From Chrysomallon squamiferum (taxonomy: Eukaryota; Animalia; Mollusca): DNA of 64,000 bases. This document shows, one piece after another, positions 39,872-50,546 of the stretch. Location of the stretch: assembly GCA_012295275.1 (NCBI GenBank), contig CM022672.1:15686001-15750000 (forward strand). The letters are read 5' to 3'. The position numbers and the translations under genes are program-made. Below the pieces are notes generated by a model, which searched no databases, was not told where the DNA came from, and saw only the letters and a program-made list of their open reading frames with translations. Positions within the stretch are counted from its first letter, which is position 1. Every line of letters starts with the position of its first letter.

Positions 39872-41213
39872 TATAATATTTTTGAATACTTATTTCCTAC
39901 ATCTGAATTAGATACTTACATACATTCCTACATTAGAATTATATATATTTTTATTTCTTAACTTATAGCAGTGAAATAAACATGATAGATTATGCACTAC
40001 ATTTACCCAGTAACAAATAACAGTAGATTACATTGCTGATGTAATAAACATAAAGAATATTTTTTTTGTACCAGTTAAAAATATTCTTGCTTGTCATCCT
40101 TTTAAACTTTTTTCTGTTTCTGGGTTCTTGTGTTGTTTTGAGGGGGGGGGGGTTATGTTTTTTTCTCTGCACTATCCTTTTGTACTTTATTCTACTTTGT
40201 TTGTCTCTTTCCTTTTCACCTTTTCTTTCCTTTTGTACTTTTTTCTAAGTAAAATTTATAGTTATCATTTTTTTATACCACAAAATGTGTCCAAAGGTTT
40301 CTCTTTGTTGCATGTTTCTTTATTTCTTGAAGTATTTTCAATACTCTAATATCATAGATATTTTAGATGTAGAGAAGTATCAAGTTTCATTAATTTCAAA
40401 CTACATGTTTTAAAATGAAGTTAAGAAATTACTCAGTATCTAATATTTATATGAAAGATAATTTTGAATAAATGGAAAAGGTTATTATAAGGATTGTGTG
40501 TTTAAGTTTATCCGACATCAAAAACACTAAGGAATGCATCTTCTTAGACATTTTGTCCTTAAATTTTGTACTTAAATATATCTTAGTTAGGGAAAATAAT
40601 CTATAAACAAAATTAATTTTCACAAAAGACACTTAGCTTTTTTTAACATTTTTACTTTTTAGATAATTAATATATTCAATATTGCCATAATGTTTGGTAG
40701 CGTTACACAGTAAAAAAAAAACCCCAAAATGTATATATTTTCCATGATTGAACATCATCTTTTTATACATATTTCTTTAAGTACCATCACTTCATTGGTT
40801 ACTTGTTCAATACTGCAAAATGCAGTTCAGTAAAAGCAGTTTCTGTTTTCCTTTTTAGACACATGGCTGTTGTGCAAAGTACTGTAAGCAACTCATAAAA
40901 AATAACTAAAACTGTTACTGTTTTATGTTTCAATCATTCTATTAATTAGCATTAGCTAAAGAGGAAAGAAAGAAGGAAATGTTTATATTGTGTGTTATTT
41001 TTTCACCTGTTGCAATCATTCTAATTTCTAATACTAATACAGAAAATACTGGTTAAAGAAAAAAAAAAAATAAAAAAAAAATAAAAGGAGAAAGAAAAAG
41101 AAAAACTGTCAACTTAAGAATTGTGACATGGGCACTTTTTGCATGCTAAAATGTGTTGTTGTTTGCACAGAGTGTGGGACTGGATACTGACATTCTTAAA
41201 TTCTCCCATGCAG

Positions 41214-41714
41214 GTCACCACAGATTCCCAGATGATTTCTTCAGACTCACATACACCACCACCACCTTCAGGTATTACACCCCAGGGCTCTCAGGTAATA
41301 CAACAGATGATGCTGAGCAGTGAAGGAGAGACAGTTGTCAGTAAAACGAGAAGTTGTTTCGAATGCCAGAAATGTTTTTATACATTTAGAGACTTGGCCC
41401 GGTACAAAGAACATCTGCAGATATATCATCCAGAAATCTTTTACTGCGAAATCTGTGGCAGGAGTTTTGATGATGAGCAGTGTTTTTCAGACCACATCTG
41501 TGTTGTGAACCATGAAGGAAAGAGAAAGTTTCCTTGTCCTTACGGAGCTTGTTGCAGAAGCTTTGCCAGACAATCTCATTTGATGGACCATGTGAACACT
41601 CATTCAGGCCTCAAACCATATATTTGTCCCAACTGCCATAAGCATTTCACAGGAAAGTATATTTTTAACCGCCATTCGAAGACTTGTTGCAAGAAAGAGG
41701 AGAATAATGAATAA
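41214..41714 (+). CDS. Gene B alternative terminal exon B1: four zinc fingers, 166 aa
   Basis: Branch TACTGAC plus ttctcccatgcag|GTC, phase 0. Fingers CQKC..HLQIYH, CEIC..H, CPYGAC..HVNTH-SGLKPY and CPNC..HSKTC. TAA stop. Confidence 0.85.
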   Translation, partial: VTTDSQMISSDSHTPPPPSGITPQGSQVIQQMMLSSEGETVVSKTRSCFECQKCFYTFRDLARYKEHLQIYHPEIFYCEICGRSFDDEQCFSDHICVVNHEGKRKFPCPYGACCRSFARQSHLMDHVNTHSGLKPYICPNCHKHFTGKYIFNRHSKTCCKKEENNE

Positions 41715-43739
41715 GTGACTGCTTTTCTCTGTGACTGGTGTCAGCTGTTGCTGTGTACATGCAATTTAAAACACAAGTCAGAGATGAATAAGAAATAAGT
41801 GAATTCTTTTCGCTGCACCTTTTAAACAGTTGTTATTCATGTAACACGAACTCATTTGAGATGTATATTGGAAGAGGTGAATACAAGTGAATAATTTTCT
41901 GTGGCATGCGTAAACAGTTATTTACATGGAATCTAAAACACATCAAAAACAGGTGAATTACAAATAAGGTTTAAAATTCTCAGTGACTAGTATTAACAGT
42001 TCTTTTTTCTTTTTCTTTTTTAGTGTATGTTTTGACTATTATCATTTACATGTCAAAAATCTAAAACATTTCTTCAAGAAAGTGAATAATAGAAAAAAAA
42101 AAAAATGGCTTCTGAGCTATTGCAGTTTATATGTTATCAACTGATCAAGTAATCTAAACTAAATCTTGAAAGAAATGAATAACAAATAAGAGAATACTTT
42201 TTACCATGTTACACGTAGTCTTGTTACTTATATGGCATAATCTGAAACCCTTATCCTGAAGATAAAACTTATTTCAAGTTACAAAATTACCTCAGGGCAT
42301 TATTTTATTAATTTAAGTTACATACATACATACATCTGATGAAAGATTTAACAAAAACTTGTTGTTAACGTATTGTTTAATCAAAGTTGTTTGTTTAGTG
42401 CACTGTTCTAAAATATTTGATGTATTTTATACTCGGTAATCTCTGTATGTGTGTATTGTTGTTCTAAATAGATATTCATATTTATGTGGGTTTTTTTTTT
42501 TCTTTGTTTGTTTACTGTAAGTGATGTTTAGTTAATTATTAAACTAATTGGCCAGCTCTTGTTCATTTTTATATTTATTTTGTTACTTATGTAAGGTTAA
42601 AATTTTGTCATTAATTTTATGAAATGTCCATGAAATGTGAAGTGCAATGAACTGATAATGTAATAGTTCTAATACAGTTCTTCATGTAAATTATAATTTA
42701 CGGGTATGCAGTGAATGATTCCTTTTGGTATATTTAACTCTAAGATGTTTAAAAACATATTTACAAACTGAATTCACATTCATATCATTAAATATAATAT
42801 TCTCGATTTTTATTTTTATGATTGTTAGTATTATGATGATGATAATGTAACTTTCCAGTAAATATTCTTTCCATTTCTCATTAGAATAAACATCAATCAC
42901 ATACAGTGCATTCCTATTTAATTTTTTTTTAAATGTTTTTTTTTTATATATATATATATAACATGTTAGAGTGCCTACATTCTCTTTCTCACTAAAATCA
43001 TACACTTATTTATGTAATACAACCTAGTAAATGGTTAGAATCTTGGAAAATAAGTACATTCTACAGGACAAATAAGTGCATCCATCTTTACTTTGTTTCA
43101 TACCTTGGCCTGCCATGCATGTTATAAAAGTCTTATACAAAAACATTGACACTTAGTAGTGTATGTGAGAGTAAAGCCTGCAAAATTTTAGTTATTTTTT
43201 CAAGTTGTGATTTATTTTGTCTACATTTGTAACTTTAAAATTTGTTGCATAAAAGTAAGTAAATAATTCTGTGCAAGGTTAATGTCAAACTTTTACTCTA
43301 CAGTCATTGTTTAGTTGTAAAAAAAAGCCATTAATTACATATGGTTGAAGATATTTCTAGTTTTTTATTTTGAAGACAACTTCTATTTTGTGTTGTATTC
43401 TTGGAATAAAATAGAAAACACAAATTGCTGAAAGATGCCAGTTAGCCCTGTTTGCTTTTTTATATTGTGTTGAGATGAGAAGAAAAAAATACTGGAAAAT
43501 TAATCATTCTATAATGAATCATATTTTTTTATTATTATTATTAAAAGTCACTGAACCACTCAAGTACAAAAATAAATAAATAAATAAATAACAAAATTTA
43601 AAAAAAAGAAGAAAAAAAGTTTGGGTTGTTTTTGGGTTGACCTATAATTGTTGATTCATCAAAGCTGCTTATTGTTTTCGGCAGGGATTAATGGAGGCCA
43701 TATGTATTAACTAAAAGATTTTCACCTTCTCCCATGCAG

Positions 43740-44192
43740 GTATCTTTGGAGCCCCAAAAGTCACCTTCGTCAGAAACCTTACCAAACTGCAACAAACTTG
43801 CAAGTCCCTTGCCCAACATTGGCAGCACAACTGAAGAACAAAGAGGTTGTTTTCAGTGCAAGAAATGTGTGTCTGTTTTCAAATACAGGCAGGAACGTAA
43901 AGAACACATGGAAATGTGCCATCAGGAGACTTGTTACTGTAACATTTGTGGCCGACAGTACAAGTACAAACGGTCACTGTGGGAACACACACTGATCCAC
44001 CAGGGAAAGAAAAAATTCATTTGTCCTTACAAAGACTGCGGAAGAAGGTTTGCCAGAAGGGTTCACATGGTGGATCATTTGAACACCCACTCGGGCGTAA
44101 AGCCTTACGTGTGTCAACAGTGCACTAAACAATTTGGAAACAAATACACTTTGCTGAAACATGTAAAAGTGTGCGAAGGGAGAATAAACTGA
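43740..44192 (+). CDS. Gene B alternative terminal exon B2: four zinc fingers, 150 aa
   Basis: ccttctcccatgcag|GTA, phase 0. Fingers CKKC..HMEMCH, CNIC..HTLIH, CPYKDC..HLNTH-SGVKPY and CQQC..HVKVC. TGA stop. Confidence 0.85.
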   Translation, partial: VSLEPQKSPSSETLPNCNKLASPLPNIGSTTEEQRGCFQCKKCVSVFKYRQERKEHMEMCHQETCYCNICGRQYKYKRSLWEHTLIHQGKKKFICPYKDCGRRFARRVHMVDHLNTHSGVKPYVCQQCTKQFGNKYTLLKHVKVCEGRIN

Positions 44193-44983
44193 AATATAAG
44201 GTTTACTGTTAGAAAATCTGTCAGGGATAGTTAGAGAATTTCATTATTAAAGTTTGGATACAAACTGTGGCTGTGTGATGATACATTTTAATGATTAGAA
44301 ATAAAAAGTATGTCCTGTATTTGCTTCCATGTTTTTTTTCTGCTCAATGTGGAAAAACTACACATTTTATTCATTTATTCTGTTTTTTGCAGAAATGGTT
44401 ATAATTAACAAGAGTATGGTTATTAAAACCTTCTTAAAATAGCTGCTTCATTTTTATTTTATTATTATATTTGCTTATGTTGTTTATTATATTATATTAT
44501 ATTTACTTTTATATTCAAATGAAGGTTTCAAGAATGTCAAAAATTATAATTTCCTTTGTATCTTTTCATACCAGGACTACTGGTTGAATAAACTGAACAA
44601 CTGATCACAAGTGATACTTGTGTGATATTTATTTAGTACTTAAAAGCTTTGCATGATATAAAATGTCTGAAGTGTTGATGCATTGGTGTGTTAATTGGAC
44701 ATGTAGGCTATTTGACATTGAATGGCTGAGTTCTTTTTAAAAAGCACTGGCATGGCTTCTGTTTTAAATTTGAAAATCCAAAACCAAAATCAAAATAGGA
44801 GAAGAAGACAGTGTCTTGTAGATCTCTTAAATAACGACAAATGTTACTTACTGATTTAAATACAAAATAATTTTAACCAAAAAAAATCCGAAAAATAAAA
44901 CACTCAAGAAAGTGAGATTAAAAATAGAAGGAAAAAAACAGAAAGCTTATTTGAATCTTAAAGATTTTCTTTTGGTTTCGCAG

Positions 44984-45154
44984 GTTTCAAAAGGCCGAAG
45001 CCACTTTCGCAGGATGTATTCCCGCTCGGCCCTGCATTATGCCTGTTTGGCCATCAGGGACGAAGGGATTTCCATTCGAGCAGCTGGACGCAGGTTCAAT
45101 GTTCCTGAAGCTACTCTGCGATATTATCGAAAAAGACAGAAACATGATAGCTGA
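44984..45154 (+). CDS. Gene B alternative terminal exon B3: pipsqueak-type helix-turn-helix, 56 aa
   Basis: ttttcttttggtttcgcag|GTT, phase 0. YSRSALHYACLAIRDEGISIRAAGRRFNVPEATLRYY fits the psq/CENP-B N-terminal HTH pattern. GC-rich island in AT-rich DNA. TGA stop. Confidence 0.82.
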   Translation, partial: VSKGRSHFRRMYSRSALHYACLAIRDEGISIRAAGRRFNVPEATLRYYRKRQKHDS

Positions 45155-46759
45155 ACTTTAAAAAAAAAAAAAAATTCAGTTAGCAAAAAGTAAACACTGT
45201 AAGAAATTAAAATCAACCCACAGAAGAAAAAAATTGAAAAAAAAAAAATTTAAATGAATACGGTAAAAGCAAAGACTCAGGAACCAAATCAACCAAAGAT
45301 CTACTTCTATGTCAGTGCCCATGTTACTGGTTCCAAAAATTATTTAATTATTATTAGAAACTTGTTGATATTATTATTATAAACCATTTCATTCTATTAA
45401 ACCATAAATTATTTACACACACATAAGAAATAAAAAAAACATGAAAAAACAATTGGATCTTTGTCCAGAAATGTTTTTTCACTCTAAAATGATTGTATAA
45501 GATTGAAACTGGGTAAATAATCAAAAGTAAAACAGATCTGTGGTGTATTAGTCTGCAGTATTGTTATCAATAACAACAAACAAGTTGGCAGTGTTACAGT
45601 GATGTTAAATAAATTTCTTGATCAAATGCAAGTTTTCACCTGTTATTTGTTGATGTTAACATAATTTTCATAACTGATCAAAGGAACAGATGTGTTTTTG
45701 TAGGTACTTATAAACAAATATGTTTATTTAGCTGTAATTTGCATGTATCAGGTTTATTCAACTTTTGATTATCAATTATTTAATATTTATTCTTTTATGA
45801 ATGGTTTGTATATAATATTTGTCAATATAGCTATTTTTCTTTTCTTTTGTTCTTGAATAATAATTCTAAAAAAAATAATCAATATTTACAATAATTCTGA
45901 ATCAGTATTTTTATTTTATCAATGGTTTATGTAATAACAGTTTTCCAAAATCAGTATTTTACTTATTGATAATCTACCAACTCTTAAGTGGAACACAGAA
46001 CTAAAATTAATGGAGCTGAATCTTTTAATTATAGTGCAGTTCCTTGGTTACATGTGGGTTTCTTTCTTGGATGACACTTATAATGTACTTGCACACATGG
46101 AATATTGTATGTTTGTATATGTATTAGAACAACTTTCAATACTTCATCAATACTTTAATGATAGAAAAAACAAAATTAGAAACAGAATACAACACTGTAC
46201 ACTTACTAGAAAGTTTTGAATACTTTATTTATGTTTTAATTGTAGTTTAAACTCTACAGCTAGAAAAAACTAACTAGACTTCACAGAACAGCTGTTATAA
46301 ATACAGAGTATTACACAAGATTGAAAAAGATTCCCATATTTGAAATACACCATTCAAATTTTATGTGACTTACATCTTGAAAATTATGATTATTAATAAC
46401 TGAGAGTTGTGAAATTGCTCCCATTATAATAAAAAACAATGGAGATTAAATGTCAAGACACATCAATTTTTGGAATAGGGCAATTAAAAATATTCCCCAG
46501 TTTAAAATACACAAAGATAGTACTTTAAAATTGTAATAATAATAACTGAGAATATTATTGTGAAAAAGTTCATATGATGAAAAATTCATGGAATACATGT
46601 ATATGTGTTGATAAATATGACTGAAAAGAAGTATACACCCGAAAGATGTGACATTGTAATTTATTTTGATATTGTAAAATCCTTCTGTGTATCTATCCTT
46701 TAAGAACACAAGTAAACATTACTCACACTGAGAAACATAATACTGCAGAAAACTCAGTT

Positions 46760-47065
46760 CAAATTGTGATTATGTGAAATATTCATTAAAATATCAATTC
46801 TGAATATAGTCTTTTACCTAAAGTAAGTCAGTATTCATTTAACTGCTGAAAGCTTTGTTTTATTTCCAGAAATGTGAAACGGTCTTTAAAATATCAATTC
46901 TGAAAACAGTAAATCAGTATTCAGAAGAAGGCTGAAGACTTTAAATTGTTGATGTGTGAAATATTGATCAATTCTCAATACAGAATGTTAAAACGATATT
47001 CAGATGACTGCTGAAAGCTTTGTTTTAAATTGTCCATGTATGAAATGTTTGTTAAAATATCAAAC
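46760..47065. repeat. Degenerate tandem repeat, about 3 copies of ~100 bp
   Basis: Recurring tgtgaaa..aaaatatcaattctgaa..tcagtattca..ctgctgaaagctttgtttt. Confidence 0.6.
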
Positions 47066-47095
47066 AAAAACCTGAACTGCTCCCATTATTTGTAG

Positions 47096-47323
47096 AACCT
47101 TGGCTTGAGAGAGAAGATGAGAAAGCCCAAGCGAGACAGAGCTGCATACATGAGGATGTACAGATGGCGAATTCGACAGAAACAAATGAAACAAAGTGAC
47201 TGTTTGTGTGAAAGTCAGAGTTTCCCAGTGAACGAGGATGTTCTGTACACAGATTTACAACAAGTCAGTCAGGACAGTTTGCATGCAGACATTGTGTGGG
47301 TCAATGTAGAAAAAAAATCTTGA
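47096..47323 (+). CDS. Gene B alternative terminal exon B4: basic helix, 75 aa
   Basis: ctcccattatttgtag|AAC, phase 0, in frame with ORF 47105..47323 (KPKRDRAAYMRMYRWRIRQKQ). Confidence 0.62.
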   Translation, partial: NLGLREKMRKPKRDRAAYMRMYRWRIRQKQMKQSDCLCESQSFPVNEDVLYTDLQQVSQDSLHADIVWVNVEKKS

Positions 47324-48639
47324 ACTCAGTAATTTTTTTAAGAAGAGACACCAACTTGTCAATTTCGAAAGTGACTACAAACAATTTTCATAAAAATACA
47401 GTGCTTAAAATATATTAATTATGGTGTAACATTTTGCAGAATACAAGGACTAAAATGTGTATCTGAATGAACATGGTTATTATGCTTATAAATATGACAA
47501 CAAAATTTTATATATATATGTATATATATATATTAGTTAAGATACTGTCCTTCAAATATATTTATTTGACCTTAAACATTTTGGTAAAAAAGAAAAGTCT
47601 TTGTGAATTCATGTGATATACAACTGACAGCTAATTAAGTTTCTTTTTTTTTAAATACAAATGAAGGCTCTGAAGTTTTTCAAATGTAGATGATATTTAT
47701 TTTTATTTAAAATAAATAATAATAATAATAATAAAAGCAGAAATAAGTAATAATGAAAGTATGTCTGTTTTGATATAGATATTCCTATAATAATTATATA
47801 ACCTGAGTAATTTTATTCATGTATAATGCATGTTATATGTTTGTGTTATGTAGATCATATGACTATACATATTATGTATGTATACTAAAACATGTTTAAA
47901 CTCATAAAAAATGTATTATTTTGTAATGTGACAGTACATTATTTTCTTACCAAATCTATTTGTTATGAAACATCATTTAAAATTGTTAAAATAGGTGCAC
48001 AACAATAAATTTTGGAAAACAACGGTGACTCAGTCTTTCAAAGATATTAACTTGGAAAGTAACAGTAACTTTTATTTTATTTTTTTATTATTATTTTTTT
48101 TTTTTATTTGGGTAAAGAATCATTTCTCAACCTTTTTACCCTTGTGGAACCCTTGAAATTTTTTCATGTCTCAGGGAACACCTGCATAAAAATTATTATA
48201 TATCATTATTATTATTGTTCTCTTTTATATTTTTATCGTAGTTCACATGATAAACATAATATATTGTTTTGGATAACTGGTTAAGGACAAAAATTACTCC
48301 TTTTTTTTTTTTTTTTTTTATTGATAATGACAACAACAAAAAACAAAACTTTTCAGTCAAAAAAAAAAAAAAAAAAAATCTGATAGCATATATAAAATAA
48401 ACATAAATAACCAGCATTACATTACATATATATAACACACACAATCAGAACAAAAGCAGGTGATTATTACAGTAACTCATTGCTTATTGACAATGTTGAA
48501 AAAGAATAAGATGTCTTAGAAATAAACACCAAGGATGACCAGAAGATTCAGAGTATGGATCCCTCATTTAATCAAATATGTGAATCTGTCATTATACAGG
48601 GTCAGATCACTGACCACTGACCAATAAAGGCGGTTTCTC

Positions 48640-48950
48640 AAGATGATTATTCTTATTTGTAAAATGTGGACTAAATACAACTTCATGATTGTTGTTCATA
48701 AAATGTGGACAGTATACAACTTCATGATTGTTGTTCATAAAATGTATACAGTACAAAAGGTGATGATTCTTGTTTGTAAAGTATGCATAGTAGACAAGTT
48801 GATGATTCTTGTGTAAAAAGTGTACTGCAGACAAGGTGATGTTTCTTGTTTGTAAAATATGCAAAGTATGTTAATTGATTCCTGTCTGTAAAATGTGGAC
48901 TAAGTACAAACTGATGATTATTTTTGTTTATAAAATTTGTATAGTACACT
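48640..48950. repeat. 39-bp minisatellite, about 8 degenerate copies
   Basis: Unit ttcatgattgttgttcataaaatgtggacagtatacaac (48682..48720), repeated from 48721. Confidence 0.8.
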
Positions 48951-49929
48951 AATCTACTAGTTTCATTGCATATAAACCAGTACATGAATTTTATTATAAT
49001 TATTTTTATTATATAATCAGTTATTGTATCTCTGAAAATCTCTTTTCTCGTGGTTATTGGAAAAATAATGTATTCTGTCTCCAGGCTTTAGTCATTTCAC
49101 ATGCATATGTATATATTGTTCCATTGTCATAAGACAGTAACTGAACATTCCATTTAAGTTAAATGTGAATGTAACAAGTTATCAAACAAACTGCACAGAA
49201 TACAATGAAAACAATATTCATTTGTTGTGGAATATTACAAAACAAAAGCATTCTTGTCTATTCACAATCAGTTAAACACATGCTGTAGTCTTTTTGGTTA
49301 TCTCCCTCTTTATATATATATATATATATATATAGAGGTAATGCATGTGTGTGTGTGTGTGTGGGTGTTTGTATATGCACTCGTGTGTGTGTATATGTGT
49401 GATATTTCCATTATTATTTCATTAGTTAAATTAATTCAGCATGGCTTTATGGCTTTTCTTGTTATGCAGAAATAAATTGACAAAAAAAAACAACCAGAAA
49501 CCAATCTTTTCATTATTTATTTCTTTAATATTTGTTTTTTGTTGTGTTTATTTATTTATTCATTTATTATTATTATTTTATTACTACTACCACTACTATT
49601 ACTAGCACCACCATCACCACTATTACCATCATTATTCATTCACTACTACCACCAGTATTATACTCCACTACTATCACTATTAGCAACATCACCAGTACTA
49701 CTTCTACTACCATTAATACTACTAGAACTTATACTATCACTACCACTACTACAACAACTACCACCATCAACATTACTTATACTACCACTACATCAAAACC
49801 TTCTACTACTACTGCTGCTGCCAGTACTATGCTAACTACAACTACTACTGTCATTGAACTCCACCATTACTATTATCATCAACATTATTCCTTCACCAGT
49901 GATTTCTTAATGTACAAAATTTATTTCAG

Positions 49930-50220
49930 GAATTCCTGCATTCCAAAAAAGAATTTCGACCAATGCTAGAGATCCCACCAGGTGAGCTGGATCCATTACT
50001 AGGATTGTTTTTTCTCAGCCTTCAGAAGGAAAATGGTAAAGAATATGAGCCGTACTACCTGAAAAACATTTGTTCCATACTTGGCCGTTACTTTCGCCTC
50101 AATAATTACAAACCAAGTCTGAAAAGTGAAGCTTTCTCACGATCTCGTCAAATTCTGCAAGCCAAAGTGAATCGTCTTATACAAATAAGAAGAGCTGAGA
50201 CACTGGAGAGAAAGCAGTAG
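49930..50220 (+). CDS. Gene B alternative terminal exon B5: Crypton/DUF3504-type (ZMYM/QRICH1/KIAA1958-like) N-terminal helical region, 96 aa
   Basis: tttatttcag|GAA, phase 0. EIPPGELDPLLGLFFLSLQKENGKEYEP..LK....LGRYF....F..SRQILQAK resembles the conserved ELD.LL..FF..VRK.DG.EYEP.SL block. No catalytic recombinase half follows. TAG stop. Confidence 0.8.
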   Translation, partial: EFLHSKKEFRPMLEIPPGELDPLLGLFFLSLQKENGKEYEPYYLKNICSILGRYFRLNNYKPSLKSEAFSRSRQILQAKVNRLIQIRRAETLERKQ

Positions 50221-50456
50221 AAAATGTAACAAAATTTTTATTATTATTATTATTATTTAAAAAAAAAAAATTCATATTATCATTCACTTATTTTATTATT
50301 CTTTTTTTTTTCCTTTCATTTTATTTGATTTTTTTCACATTTTGGGAAATCCAAATAGCTGCTATTTATTTTTTCATCATTCCCCATTTATTTATTCATT
50401 CATTTATTCTTGACATTATTATTTCAACTTATTTTTTTTCTGTTTTTCTTTATCAG

Positions 50457-50546
50457 ACAACACAAATACATACAGAGAACAATACAGTTTCACGTTTTGG
50501 GAAATCCAGAATCTGGAAGGTTTATTTCTTAAACCCACGTAATTAA
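50457..50546 (+). CDS. Possible short gene B terminal exon B6 (29 aa, no recognisable domain)
   Basis: Very strong acceptor ttttttttctgtttttctttatcag|ACA. The phase-0 reading is TTQIHTENNTVSRFGKSRIWKVYFLNPRN*. Confidence 0.3.
   Translation, partial: TTQIHTENNTVSRFGKSRIWKVYFLNPRN

Noticed and set aside
48607-48985. Minus-strand ORFs with 13-aa periodicity
   Set aside because: They are translations of the 39-bp minisatellite.
49532-49969. Thr-rich mucin-like ORF
   Set aside because: It is degenerate (ACT/ACC)n simple sequence in an intron. The same applies to the ORFs at 60641..61202.
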